The notes: a model not told the origin generated them from the letters alone. Positions 1 through 9,609 are shown, counted from the first letter of the stretch. The stretch: DNA of 64,000 bases from Candidatus Dormiibacterota bacterium (GCA_027306595.1 DAHUZI010000016.1:962-64961), one strand, 5' to 3'. Program-made: numbers and translations.

Positions 1-705
1 GACCACCGGCAGCAGGTCGGCGATCGCCGAAACCTTCCGGTCGGTGATGAGGATGTAGGGCTCCTCGAGGACCGCCTCCATCGCCTGGGCGTTAGTAACC
101 ATGTAGGCGCTGACATAGCCCTTGTCGAACTGCATGCCCTCGACCAGCTCGAGCTCGGTCGCGATCCCCTTCGACTCCTCGACGGTGATCACGCCATCCT
201 TGCCCACCTTCTCCATGGCGTCGGCGACCGTCTCGCCGATGGAGGGGTCGGCTGCGGAGATCGAGGCGACCTGGGCGATCTTCTCCCGCTCGCTGATCGG
301 GACCGAGTGCTTCTTGATCTCCTCGACCACCAGCTCGACAGCCCGGTTGATGCCCGACTTGATCTGGACCGGGTTGGCGCCGCTGGCGACCTGCCGGAGC
401 CCCTCGGTGATCATCGCGGAGGCCAGCACGGTCGCGGTGGTCGTCCCATCCCCGGCGATGTCGTTGGTCTTGCTGGCGACCTCCTTGACCAGCTGGGCCC
501 CCATGTTCTCGAAGGGGTCCTCCAGCTCGATCTCCTTGGCGATCGTCACGCCGTCGTTGGTGATGACCGGGCTCCCGAACTTCTTGTCCAGGACCACGTT
601 CCGGCCCTTGGGGCCGATGGTGATACGGACCGCGTCCGCCACCCGGTCAGCGCCCCGCTTGAGCGCGGCCCGCGCCTCGCTGTCGAACAACAGTTGCTTC
701 GCCAT
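1..705 (-). CDS. groEL: Chaperonin GroEL (Cpn60), 5' part; runs off the left edge
   Basis: Reverse strand from ATG at 705 reads [95 protein letters not shown], with the GDGTTT motif. RBS AGGAGG lies at 711-716. Absent from the ORF track because it is truncated. Confidence 0.99.
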   Translation of the reverse strand, partial: MAKQLLFDSEARAALKRGADRVADAVRITIGPKGRNVVLDKKFGSPVITNDGVTIAKEIELEDPFENMGAQLVKEVASKTNDIAGDGTTTATVLASAMITEGLRQVASGANPVQIKSGINRAVELVVEEIKKHSVPISEREKIAQVASISAADPSIGETVADAMEKVGKDGVITVEESKGIATELELVEGMQFDKGYVSAYMVTNAQAMEAVLEEPYILITDRKVSAIADLLPVV

Positions 706-763
706 TCAGTCCTCCTGGCCGAATTCGATTCGTGGCCGTCCACCCGGAAGCCTGGGCGCCAGT

Positions 764-813
764 TTAGCACTCGGGGCGACCGAGTGCTAGCACTCGGGGG
801 GCGCAACTGCCAG
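764..813. promoter_or_regulatory. CIRCE (HrcA operator) upstream of groEL, plus an overlapping degenerate second copy
   Basis: TTAGCACTC-N9-GAGTGCTAG at 764-790 (consensus TTAGCACTC-N9-GAGTGCTAA). Second copy CTAGCACTC-N9-AACTGCCAG at 787-813. Confidence 0.95.
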
Positions 814-862
814 CGGGAAGGCCCGGCAGACGGGCCGTCCCGTCCCTGCCGATGATGGGGAA

Positions 863-1714
863 ATGGCGACGCCCGGCGACGGCCCTGCCCCCGGCGGCTC
901 CCGGGTCCGAGAGCGATCCGGACCTGGGGCGATCGCGGCGGCGCGCGCCTTCCTCCGAGCCCAGGGGCCGGCCGGGTTCATCGCCGGGTCCTTGCTCGAC
1001 TGGGCGGCCGCCGCCGATCGCGCCCCGGATCGCGACGCGACCGTCATCGCCGTGGCGCCGGACGCCGGGGGGGCGCTCGAGGCCGTGGTGGTCACCGCGG
1101 ACCGGCGCTCGGCGGTGGTGGCCCCGCTTCCCGAAGCCTTTGGGACCGTGCTCGACGTCCTGGGGCGGCGCCGAACGGCGTTCGACCGGATCACGCTGCC
1201 CCTGGCGCTCCACGACCGCTGGCTTGCCCAGGCGCCGGAGCTTCTGGCCGGCGCCCGGGGCCACACCGTCTGGCTGACCCGGCTGGGCCGCCTTCGAGTC
1301 CCCCGGCGGCCGCTCCCCAAGGCCCGCCCCGCCCGCGAGGCCGACGCCGAGGCGCTGCAGGCGATCTACCACCACGTGTTCTGGATGCGGGACGACCGTC
1401 TCGAGCGCTGGCGGGAGCGCCTCCGCCGGGGCCACGTCTGGGTCGTCGAGCTCGACGGCGTGCCGGTGGCCGCCGCCCGCTGGACCCGCGCCTTCGCCGG
1501 GCAGGTGGAGGTGGGCAGCCTCGCCTGCCTCCCTGAGGCGCGGCGGCGAGGAGCCGCAACCGCCGCCCTCCTCGCCGCGATCACCGCCGCCCAGCGGGCC
1601 GGCCGCACCGTCTATCTCCGCTACGGGGATCCGGCGCTCGCTCCCCTCTACCACGGGCTCGGGTTCGAGCACGTCGGACGGCACCGCTTCCTCACCTGGG
1701 ACGAGGCCGGCTGA
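863..1714 (+). CDS. GNAT family N-acetyltransferase (C-terminal GNAT domain)
   Basis: C-terminal VGSLACLPEARRRGAATA acetyl-CoA motif A and PALAPLYHGLGFE motif B. Confidence 0.8.
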   Translation: MATPGDGPAPGGSRVRERSGPGAIAAARAFLRAQGPAGFIAGSLLDWAAAADRAPDRDATVIAVAPDAGGALEAVVVTADRRSAVVAPLPEAFGTVLDVLGRRRTAFDRITLPLALHDRWLAQAPELLAGARGHTVWLTRLGRLRVPRRPLPKARPAREADAEALQAIYHHVFWMRDDRLERWRERLRRGHVWVVELDGVPVAAARWTRAFAGQVEVGSLACLPEARRRGAATAALLAAITAAQRAGRTVYLRYGDPALAPLYHGLGFEHVGRHRFLTWDEAG

Positions 1715-1769
1715 GCGGTCCCCGAAGGCTGGGGGCGGTCTGGCGCTGGTCCGACCGTATGATCGGGCC

Positions 1770-2957
1770 ATGGCCGATCCGCGTCGCCTCGCGGCGATCT
1801 CGGCGCTCGGGGTGCTGGGGGTGGTCGCCGCCCGCCGGGGCCTGAGGCGCTCGGGGGTGACGCGCTCGGGTCCGCTCCTGGACTGGGACCTGGTCCGGCG
1901 CACCGCCCAGGCCCGGTGCGGCGAGCCGGAGCCCGACGCGGCGGAGGTCCGGCGGCTCGCGGCGCTCACCCCGGTGTACGACGGGCTCGTCGCCGACCTC
2001 ACCCCGCCGCTGACCCTGCTGGTGGGGGGGACGCTGGTTCCGACCAACTTCGGCGCGGTCACGGTGGTCGACCGGCGCGGCTTCATCGATCGGAACATCC
2101 AGATCATGCGGCGGATCACCGACGCGGTCGAGGCCCTGCGCGCAGACCAGCCCGCCCCCTGGGCCCAGGGCCTGGCTCGGATCCCGCTGAGCCTCTACAT
2201 GGGCGGCCTGCTCGCGATCATGTCCCGGCGGGTGCTGGGGCAGTACGACCCCGTTCTGTCACTGCAGGCCGTCGCCACCCCCGACCGGCCCGCGCTCCTC
2301 ATCGTCGAGCCCAACGTCGCGAGCTTCGCCCAGGGCGCGGAGCTTGACCCCGACCAGGCCCGGCGCTGGCTGGTCCTCCACGAGCTCACCCATGCGTGGC
2401 AGTTCGACGGCCATCCCTGGCTGGTGGAGCACCTCACCGGGCTGATGCGGGGGCTGGTCATCGAGCCGCTGCGGGCCGCCGGGCTGGTCACCGACCGGCG
2501 TCGCGAGTCGGCCGACGCCCTCCAGCTCCTCCGCAACGCTGGTCGCGGACTCTTCGGGCAGTGGCGTGCCGTCGCCGGCCTCCAGACCGTGATGTCGATC
2601 CTGGAGGGCCACGGCAACTACGTGATGCGCGAGGTGGGGCGCGACGAGCTCCGCGACTTCGCGCAGCTGGACGCGGCCTTCCACCGGCGCCAGCGGGACC
2701 GCTCGCCGCTCGAGCAGCTGGTCTTCTGGCTCACCGGCATCCGTGCCAAGCTCCAGCAGTACGAGCGGGGGGAGCGCTTCCTGCGAGCCGCCGAAGCGGC
2801 GGGCGGCCGCGCGCTTCTGGCCCGGCTGTGGACCGGTCCGGAGGCCCTGCCCACCGCCGCCGAGCTGCGTGCACCCGCGCGGTGGGTCGCACGGATGGGG
2901 GGCGCAGGCGCCCCGGCCGTCGCGGCGCCCGCGGTGCCGTCCGCGCAGCCTGCCTGA
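1770..2957 (+). CDS. Zinc-dependent metalloprotease, zincin-like (DUF2342-type)
   Basis: Motifs VLGQYDP, HELTHAWQF (HExxH), MSILEGHGNYVM, KLQQYERGERF and LWTGPEALPTAAEL. Confidence 0.85.
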   Translation: MADPRRLAAISALGVLGVVAARRGLRRSGVTRSGPLLDWDLVRRTAQARCGEPEPDAAEVRRLAALTPVYDGLVADLTPPLTLLVGGTLVPTNFGAVTVVDRRGFIDRNIQIMRRITDAVEALRADQPAPWAQGLARIPLSLYMGGLLAIMSRRVLGQYDPVLSLQAVATPDRPALLIVEPNVASFAQGAELDPDQARRWLVLHELTHAWQFDGHPWLVEHLTGLMRGLVIEPLRAAGLVTDRRRESADALQLLRNAGRGLFGQWRAVAGLQTVMSILEGHGNYVMREVGRDELRDFAQLDAAFHRRQRDRSPLEQLVFWLTGIRAKLQQYERGERFLRAAEAAGGRALLARLWTGPEALPTAAELRAPARWVARMGGAGAPAVAAPAVPSAQPA

Positions 2958-3126
2958 TCCCCCCAGGCCGGTTCGAACCGGACGCTCCAACTCGCCGGGC
3001 CGCGGGTACACTGCGCGCCATGCGGTGGACCCGTGGCCCGCGCCCCGGCCCAGGTGGGGCTGCGCCGTCCCGCGCCTCGCTCGGTCGGGGGCGCGGCGGC
3101 GATCCGGGTAGGAAGGAGCACCGACC

Positions 3127-4632
3127 ATGATCCGCAGACTGCTGCGCGCGCTCGGATCCGATCCAGCTCCCCGGTGGGTGCGGCGGCTCGGACCGAGTGG
3201 GCTGGCGCCGGCCTGGGTGCCCGCGCTGGTCCTCGCCCCGGCCGGCGCGGGGGTGGGCACGCCCCCGCTCCTGACGCATCGCATCTTCGGACGGCACAAG
3301 GAGGCCGGTCCCGCCGGCGCGGGCGAGCCGGAGGGCTCGGAAGGGCCCGAGACCGGAGCCCTGGATGGCGGCCTTCCCCCGCTGGCGGGGGCGCCACCCG
3401 AGCCGGTGGCGGAGGCAGCCGGTGCCGCGGAGGCGGCGGAGCCGCCCGCCCCCGAGCCGCCCGGCGCCGCCGACGTGGCCCTGCCGGAGTGGGCGACCCG
3501 TTCCCTCGACGGCGTCGAGGCTGGCGCAGAGTCGGCCCAGCCCGAGCCGGCCGGGGCCGGCGACCGGTCGGTCCAGGCTGGCGACCCCGGCGAGCCTCGA
3601 CGAGGGTGGCGGGAGCGGGTCCGCGGGTCGCGGCCCGAGCCCGAGCCCGAGCCGGTGGACGCTGTGGGCGAGTCCGAGTCTGCGGAGGCGCCGGAGCCGA
3701 TCGCTGGCTTCGAGGAGGCGCGCCTCGACTGGTCGTCCGCCCCCGCCGCCCCCGAGGAACCCTTGGGCGGCTCCGAGCCCAGCCCGCCGGACGTCACCCG
3801 GCCGTTCGAGCCGTCAGTCGTCCCCGAGCCCCCGCTGCCCGCGGTCGCCCCCTTCGGCATCCCAGAGGACCCGACCCTGCTGCTCCGTCCCCAGCCCATC
3901 GTCCCGGAGGCGCCGTCGGAGCCGGCGGTGTCGGCCCTCCCCGAACCGTCGTCCGCCGCCTCGGAGGTGCCTTCGGTGACCGACCTCACCCCGACCGCTC
4001 CCCACCAGGAGCCGCGCGCGTTCCCGCTCCCGGATGGTGAGGTGGTGTTCCGCAACCTGCGCACCGCGTTCACCGATCCGGCCCGGCTCCTTCGCCACCT
4101 GGCGTCGGACGGCCACACCGGGGTGCTCGAGATCGTGAGCGGGGAGAGCCGCAGCAGCTATGTCGTCCTCCTCGAGGGTGGGGTGGTGGCGGTCGCGCTC
4201 GAGGACGGGGGGGCGGTCCGGACCACGAGCCGCGTGGCCTTCCCGGCGTTCCCGGACGGCCAGGACACCCTCAACGTGTTCCGCTACCCGCCCGAGGTGG
4301 CCCGCGGCCTCGGCCTCCTCCTCCACGCGCCCGTTCTCTGGGCCGGGCTCGGCGCCGTGTTCGTCGACCTCGATGGGCTCAACACGTACCTCCAGGGGCG
4401 GCAGGCCGGCGGCGGGCTGGACGTCGCCGACGGGGAGCGGATCGGGGTCGCCCTCTATTCGGGCGGTGAGCTGGTGGGGGCGTACACCTCCGAGGACCGC
4501 AGCCTGGGCGACCTCGAGCGGATCCGGGCGCTGGTCGCGGGGAGCCAGGCCGAGATCGACGTGCGCGTGGGCGGGCCGACCGAGCCGCCGGCGATCCCGC
4601 TCGACGACCTCCTGCGGGGCCTCGGCGGGTGA
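3127..4632 (+). CDS. Hypothetical protein: long acidic Pro/Glu-rich linker followed by two tandem DUF4388/DUF2226 (PATAN-like) domains
   Basis: RBS GGAAGGAG precedes the ATG. Low-complexity P/E/A region. Internal repeat NLRTAFTDPARLLRHLASDGHTGVLEI / GLGAVFVDLDGLNTYLQGRQAGGGLDV. Stop overlaps the next start (GTGA). Confidence 0.65.
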   Translation: MIRRLLRALGSDPAPRWVRRLGPSGLAPAWVPALVLAPAGAGVGTPPLLTHRIFGRHKEAGPAGAGEPEGSEGPETGALDGGLPPLAGAPPEPVAEAAGAAEAAEPPAPEPPGAADVALPEWATRSLDGVEAGAESAQPEPAGAGDRSVQAGDPGEPRRGWRERVRGSRPEPEPEPVDAVGESESAEAPEPIAGFEEARLDWSSAPAAPEEPLGGSEPSPPDVTRPFEPSVVPEPPLPAVAPFGIPEDPTLLLRPQPIVPEAPSEPAVSALPEPSSAASEVPSVTDLTPTAPHQEPRAFPLPDGEVVFRNLRTAFTDPARLLRHLASDGHTGVLEIVSGESRSSYVVLLEGGVVAVALEDGGAVRTTSRVAFPAFPDGQDTLNVFRYPPEVARGLGLLLHAPVLWAGLGAVFVDLDGLNTYLQGRQAGGGLDVADGERIGVALYSGGELVGAYTSEDRSLGDLERIRALVAGSQAEIDVRVGGPTEPPAIPLDDLLRGLGG

Positions 4633-5423
4633 GCCCAGGCGATCCTCCCCGCGAGGTCGCCAGCAGTCGGGAGCGGTTCGCGGCGGTCGCCGCGGCCTAC
4701 CGGACGAGCCCCTTCCACCGCGACCCGGTCGCCCTCGAGGCGTTCCTCGCTGTGGCCGATCTGGGGCCGGCCCAGCGCGTCCTCGACATCGCGACCGGGC
4801 CGGGGCACGTCGCCATCGCGGCCGCGCCCCGGGTGGCCGAGGTGGTCGCCCTCGACATCACCGAGGAGATGCTGGTCCAGGCTCGGGATCTGGCCGCCGA
4901 GCACGAGGTCCGCAACTGCCAGTTCGTGCTCGGCGACGCCGAGCGGCTGCCCTTTGCCGACCGCAGCTTCGACCGGGTGCTGGTGCGTGCCGCCCCCCAC
5001 CATTTCCGCAACCTCACCCGCGCCTGCGCCGAGGCGTTCCGCGTGCTGGTGCCGGGGGGCACCTTCAGCGTCTCCGACACCTCGCCGCCGCCGATCGTGC
5101 GCGACTGGTTGGAGCATGTCGAGATCCGCCGCGACCCCTCGCACGTCCGCGCCCGGGTCCTCGACGAGTGGCGGGCCATCCTGGCCGCGATCGGGTTCGC
5201 CGTCGAGCATGCCGAGCGGATCGAGCAGGAGCTGGACGTCCTCGCCTGGTTCGCCCTCATGCGCGTCCCCGAGACGGTCGTCCGCGAGCTCCTCGACTAC
5301 TACGACGGAGCGACCGACGCGGTCCGGCGGGCGATCCTGCCCCAGTGGAACGACGGTCGCTTCTACCACCGCTACTGGCAGGTGATGGTGCGGGCGCGCC
5401 GCCCCCTGGCGGGCGGTCGCTGA
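4629..5423 (+). CDS. Class I SAM-dependent methyltransferase
   Basis: VLDIATGPG motif I, GDAERLPFADRSFD, and AFRVLVPGG. Confidence 0.92.
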   Translation: MSPGDPPREVASSRERFAAVAAAYRTSPFHRDPVALEAFLAVADLGPAQRVLDIATGPGHVAIAAAPRVAEVVALDITEEMLVQARDLAAEHEVRNCQFVLGDAERLPFADRSFDRVLVRAAPHHFRNLTRACAEAFRVLVPGGTFSVSDTSPPPIVRDWLEHVEIRRDPSHVRARVLDEWRAILAAIGFAVEHAERIEQELDVLAWFALMRVPETVVRELLDYYDGATDAVRRAILPQWNDGRFYHRYWQVMVRARRPLAGGR

Positions 5424-5470
5424 TCGACGGCGCCGATCCCCATCGCGGGCCCCTCTACCATGAGCGTGGG

Positions 5471-5863
5471 ATGCGCGAACCCGTCGACCTGAGCGGTCTC
5501 CACCGCGAGCTGGACCGGCTCAAGGCGCAGCTGTGCCATTGCGAGTCGCGCGGCGACTGCCTCGGCTGCAAGGGCCTGGAGATGGTCCGCCAGCAGGCCG
5601 AGGCGGTCGTGGCCGCCGCCTCCCAGCCGGTCCTGCTCCAGGTGGCGCAGGAGGCTGCCGCCCGCGACATGGTGGCCCAATTCGGCGCGATGCAGGAGCG
5701 GCTGCTGGCGGACCCTGCGGTCCGGGACGCCGCCGAGGCGATGCAGGCCCAGCTCCTGCAGGACCCGCAGGCGCGCCGGATGCTGGAGGCGCTGATGCGC
5801 CAATTGGAGGGGGGTGAGCCGGACGCCGGTGGGCCCTCGGGACCGGAGCCCGCGTCGGGCTGA
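5471..5863 (+). CDS. Small hypothetical protein with a CxCx5CxxC cluster and DP-repeat helices
   Basis: 3' part of track ORF 4160..5863, from ATG 5471: MREPVDLSGLHRELDRLKAQLCHCESRGDCLGCKGLE...LLADPAVR...LLQDPQARRML. Confidence 0.7.
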   Translation: MREPVDLSGLHRELDRLKAQLCHCESRGDCLGCKGLEMVRQQAEAVVAAASQPVLLQVAQEAAARDMVAQFGAMQERLLADPAVRDAAEAMQAQLLQDPQARRMLEALMRQLEGGEPDAGGPSGPEPASG

Positions 5864-5865
5864 GC

Positions 5866-7341
5866 TCAAGGGCGGAGCGTCACCACGAGGGTGTGGCGCC
5901 GGTCGCGGTCCTGGATCACGATGGCGAGAAGGTGGCGCCGGGGCTCGAGCCGGCTGGTCACGGCGCCGGCGGGATCGGAGGTCGTGAGCCGATAGCGGGT
6001 GAAGCGGGCGGGGACCGCCACCAGCGTCGGCCGCCCGCCGGATCGGCCCGTGAAGGCCACGGTGAGGCGCCTGGCGGCCGGGTCGAAGCGCACGGCGGTC
6101 AGCGTCCCGGGGACCGCGCGCGGGTAGGGCCGGGCCAGGGCGCGCAGTCGCGCCGGGTGGGTCGCCGCCGACCAGCTGCCCACCTGGCTCCACGCCCAGT
6201 AGGCCCACCCCATCTCGAAGCGGTCGAACTCGCCGAGCTCGCGGTCGATCCAGGTCGTCGCCCCCCGGCTCGGCGGTCCCCCGAACTCGCCCACCCAGGG
6301 CGCGGCGTGTGCCGTTCGGGCCTGGGCCTCCAGGAGGCGCAGGGGGCTGGCGTACTCGGCCGCGGGGTGCAGGTCCCACGGGGGGTCGAGCAGGGTGGCG
6401 AACACATGGCTCGAGAAGACCTGGTTCGGGTAGGGCAGCCGGCCCACGTACGTGGGCAGCCCGAAGTCCAGGGTCTGCTCGGTCATCCACATCTGCCGGG
6501 GCGCGACCGTGGCCAGGCTCGTGATGAGCCGGGCCTCGAACGGCAGGAGCAGCTTCTTCGCGAACAGCCCGGGCGGCGCCGGGAAGGGGTGAGGCTCGTT
6601 CCAGAGGTCGAAGGCGCAGACGGCGGGGTCGCGGGCGAAGGCCCGGGCCACGTACCGCCAGCTGGCGATCACGTCCCGCTGCCAGCCGCCCCAGTCGGCC
6701 CAGAAGATGCCGTAGCTCGCCAGCACGCCCGGCGCCAGGTGGCGATCCCAGGGCGGGGGCGCCGGGAAGGACGTTGGGAGGGGGCCGGCGGTGGCCCAGG
6801 CGGGCGCGCCATCGCCGCCGTAGCGGCGGCTCCAATCGAGATCGTGCAGGTCGAGCACCGTGTAGAGCCCGGCGGCGGCGGCCCGATCCACGAGCTCGCG
6901 GATGCGCGCGAGGTAGGGGGCGGAGAAGCGGCCGGGGCGGGGCTCGATCCCAGCCCATGTGATCGGCGCCCGGATGACATCGAAGCCGTCCGCTGCCATG
7001 GTCGCGAACGCCGCTGGCGCCGGAAGCCGTCCGCCCGCGGTTCCGGCGGGATGGAGGAGGCTCACCACGTCCATCCCGCGGAGCAGGACCTCGCGTCCCT
7101 CGGGATCGACGATCATGCGCCCGTCGCTGTGGAGCCACGGCAGGCCGTGGCCACCCGCTGCGGGCACGGACTGGGCGGTCGGCGCGGCGGGCAGGGGCGG
7201 ATAGCGGTTCGGGACCAACGCGTAGATCAGGAGCCCCAGCGCCAGTGCCAGGAGGGCGAGAAGACAGCCGCCACAGCAGCCGCAGCCGCGGCGGCACCCG
7301 GGGCGGCTGCGCCCCCGCTGCTCTCCGCTGGGCCCACCCAC
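5866..7341 (-). CDS. Membrane-anchored GH5 glycoside hydrolase, endoglycoceramidase-like
   Basis: DPEGREVLLRG; WAGIEPRPG; acid/base motif DLWNEP; nucleophile motif VGEFG; RPYPRAVPGT plus a C-terminal beta domain; N-terminal TM helix. GTG start at 7341 follows GGGGAGGA. Confidence 0.85.
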   Translation of the reverse strand: MGGPSGEQRGRSRPGCRRGCGCCGGCLLALLALALGLLIYALVPNRYPPLPAAPTAQSVPAAGGHGLPWLHSDGRMIVDPEGREVLLRGMDVVSLLHPAGTAGGRLPAPAAFATMAADGFDVIRAPITWAGIEPRPGRFSAPYLARIRELVDRAAAAGLYTVLDLHDLDWSRRYGGDGAPAWATAGPLPTSFPAPPPWDRHLAPGVLASYGIFWADWGGWQRDVIASWRYVARAFARDPAVCAFDLWNEPHPFPAPPGLFAKKLLLPFEARLITSLATVAPRQMWMTEQTLDFGLPTYVGRLPYPNQVFSSHVFATLLDPPWDLHPAAEYASPLRLLEAQARTAHAAPWVGEFGGPPSRGATTWIDRELGEFDRFEMGWAYWAWSQVGSWSAATHPARLRALARPYPRAVPGTLTAVRFDPAARRLTVAFTGRSGGRPTLVAVPARFTRYRLTTSDPAGAVTSRLEPRRHLLAIVIQDRDRRHTLVVTLRP

Positions 7342-7522
7342 CCTGAGTCCTCCCCGTGTCCGGCATCCCGTCACGAGCGGCTGTCTTGCCATCGTGGAGG
7401 GGCTCGGGACGGCTGTCAAACCGCAACCCGCCGACCGGCGTGGGGTTGGACGCCGGCGCCGGCCCCGCCCGTATCATCGGTCGGCCGTCACGGATCCGTT
7501 CGGCGTGCACCGGAGGGTCGCC

Positions 7523-8449
7523 ATGCGTCTGCGTCGAGCCGTCCTCGCCTGCCCCGGCTCGAGCCCGAGGATGATGGCGCGCGCGGCCGGGAGCGGGGCC
7601 GACGAGGTGTTCCTTGACCTCGAGGACGCCGTCGCGCCGTCTGAGAAGGTGGCGGCCCGACAGCTGGTCGTGGACGCGCTGCGGCACCATGACTTCGGCC
7701 GCAGCCTGCGCTGCGTGCGGGTCAACCAGATCGGCTCGGCCCTGGTGCTGGGCGACATCGAAGCGGTGGTTCGCGGGGCGGGGGACCGACTGGACACCCT
7801 GATGCTCCCCAAGGTCCAGGACCCCGGGGACCTCGCCTTCGCCGACCGGCTGCTGACCGGCCTGGAGGCCGAGCTCGGGCTGGCGCGGCCGATCGGACTC
7901 GAGGTCCAGATCGAGGACGCTCGGGGCCTGGTGCACGTCGACGCGATCGCCGCCGCGGCCCGCGTCGAGGCGGTGGTCTTCGGGCCGGGCGACTTTGCCG
8001 CCGCCATGGGCATGCCCCAGCTGACCGTCGGGGCGGAGTCGCCCGCCTATTCCGGGGACCTCTGGCACTACCCCCTCTTCCGGATCGCCGTGGCGGCGCG
8101 CGCCAGCGGGCGGCAGGCCATCGACGGGCCGTTCGCCGCCATTCGGGACCTCGACGGGCTGGGCCGCTCCGCGGCTCGAGCCGCGGCACTCGGCTACGAC
8201 GGCAAGTGGGCGCTCCATCCGACCCAGCTCGACGTGGTCACCCAGGCGTTCACCCCGACTCGAGCCGACTTCGAGCGCGCGCAGGCGATTGTCGCTGCCC
8301 ACCACGCCGCCGCCGATGGCGATCGCCGGGGGGCGGTCATGCTCGGGGACGAGATGATCGACGAGGCCTCGAGGAAGATGGCGGCCCAGCTGGTGACGCG
8401 CGGCATCGCCGCCGGCCTCGGGGACTCCACGTCCGCGGCCGCGCCGTGA
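7523..8449 (+). CDS. CitE/HpcH-family CoA-ester lyase (probable malyl-CoA/beta-methylmalyl-CoA lyase)
   Basis: RRAVLACPGS, VFLDLEDAVAP, LMLPKVQ, EVQIEDARG, FGPGDF, GYDGKWALHPTQ and MIDEASRKMA. Confidence 0.9.
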   Translation: MRLRRAVLACPGSSPRMMARAAGSGADEVFLDLEDAVAPSEKVAARQLVVDALRHHDFGRSLRCVRVNQIGSALVLGDIEAVVRGAGDRLDTLMLPKVQDPGDLAFADRLLTGLEAELGLARPIGLEVQIEDARGLVHVDAIAAAARVEAVVFGPGDFAAAMGMPQLTVGAESPAYSGDLWHYPLFRIAVAARASGRQAIDGPFAAIRDLDGLGRSAARAAALGYDGKWALHPTQLDVVTQAFTPTRADFERAQAIVAAHHAAADGDRRGAVMLGDEMIDEASRKMAAQLVTRGIAAGLGDSTSAAAP

Positions 8450-9609
8450 CCGTCGCCGGGGACGGCCCGGCCGATCGTGGCTGGGCCATCGCCACCCGCG
8501 CTGTGCGGGCGGGAGGCGAGCCGGACCCCGGCACGGGCGCCATCGCGCCCCCGGTGGTGACCAGCTCGATCTACGACCTCGACCGCCCCGCGGCCCAGGC
8601 CTACGGCCGGGACGGCAACCCGACCTGGACCCGGCTCGAGACCGCGCTCTGCGACCTGGAGGGTGGGGCGGAGGCGGTGCTCTTCGGCTCGGGGATCGCC
8701 GCCATCAGCGCGGTGCTGGCGTCCGTCCCCCCAGGCGGGGTCGTGGTCGCGCCGATCGATGCGTACCTGGGCACCCGGGAGCGGCTCGCCGAGCTCGAGG
8801 CGGCCGGCCGGATCCGGGTGCGCCTGGTCCAATCGGGGGCGACCGAGACGGTCGTTCGCGCCTGCGACGGCGCCGGGCTCGTCCTGCTCGAGACGCTCAC
8901 GAACCCCCTGGTGCGGGTTCCCGACCTGCCGTCCATCGCCGCCGCCGCCCGGGCCGCGGGGGCCCGCCTCGTCGTCGACAACACGTTCGCCACCCCGATC
9001 GGGTGCCAGCCGCTCCGGCTCGGCGCCGACGTGGTCGTCCACTCGGCCTCCAAGTACATCGGGGGCCACAGCGATGCGATCCTGGGGGTGGCGGTGACCG
9101 CGTCGGCCGAGGAGGCGGGCGGCCTGCGCCGCCACCGGCATGACCACGGAGCCATCCCCGGCCAGCTCGAGGCCTGGCTCGCCCTCCGGGGCCTGCGCAC
9201 CCTCGCGGTGCGGGTGCCCCGGCAGATGGCGAGCGCCACCTGGCTCGCGGCCCGGCTCGCCGAGGACCCCCGGGTCACCCGCGTCCACCATCCGTCGCTG
9301 GCCACCCACCCCGACCACGAGCGGGCGCGGCGGCTGCTGGCGACGGGGCTGGGCGCGGTCGTGTCGATCGAGCTGACCGGCACCGCCGAGGACGCCGAGG
9401 CGGTCTGCGCCGCCACCGACCTCTGGACGCACGCCACCAGCCTGGGCGGGGTGGAGTCGACTCTCGAACGCCGCGCCCGCTGGCCCGGGGACGCCCACCT
9501 GCCGCCGACCCTCCTGCGGCTGTCCGTAGGCATCGAGGACAAGGCCGACCTCCTGCGGGATCTCGGACGGGCCATCGCCCGGGGTGGGCCCCGCCGCCCC
9601 TGCGCCTGA
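8446..9609 (+). CDS. metB: Cys/Met metabolism PLP-dependent enzyme (cystathionine gamma-synthase/lyase family)
   Basis: YGRDGNPTW, VVDNTFATP, HSASKYIGGHSD (PLP lysine), ATSLGGVES and LRLSVGIED. GTG start overlaps the upstream stop. Confidence 0.9.
   Translation: MTVAGDGPADRGWAIATRAVRAGGEPDPGTGAIAPPVVTSSIYDLDRPAAQAYGRDGNPTWTRLETALCDLEGGAEAVLFGSGIAAISAVLASVPPGGVVVAPIDAYLGTRERLAELEAAGRIRVRLVQSGATETVVRACDGAGLVLLETLTNPLVRVPDLPSIAAAARAAGARLVVDNTFATPIGCQPLRLGADVVVHSASKYIGGHSDAILGVAVTASAEEAGGLRRHRHDHGAIPGQLEAWLALRGLRTLAVRVPRQMASATWLAARLAEDPRVTRVHHPSLATHPDHERARRLLATGLGAVVSIELTGTAEDAEAVCAATDLWTHATSLGGVESTLERRARWPGDAHLPPTLLRLSVGIEDKADLLRDLGRAIARGGPRRPCA

Noticed and set aside
2968-2990. CCGGTTCGAACCGG..CTCCA resembling a tRNA T-arm or att remnant
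   Set aside because: It is a simple palindrome. It cannot form the 5-bp stem and 7-nt loop of a T-arm, there is no cloverleaf, and no integrase is nearby.
3300-4010. Repeated CCCGAG/GAGCCG units as a DNA repeat or CRISPR-like array
   Set aside because: These are codon repeats of a Pro-Glu-rich linker, with no constant repeat-spacer periodicity.
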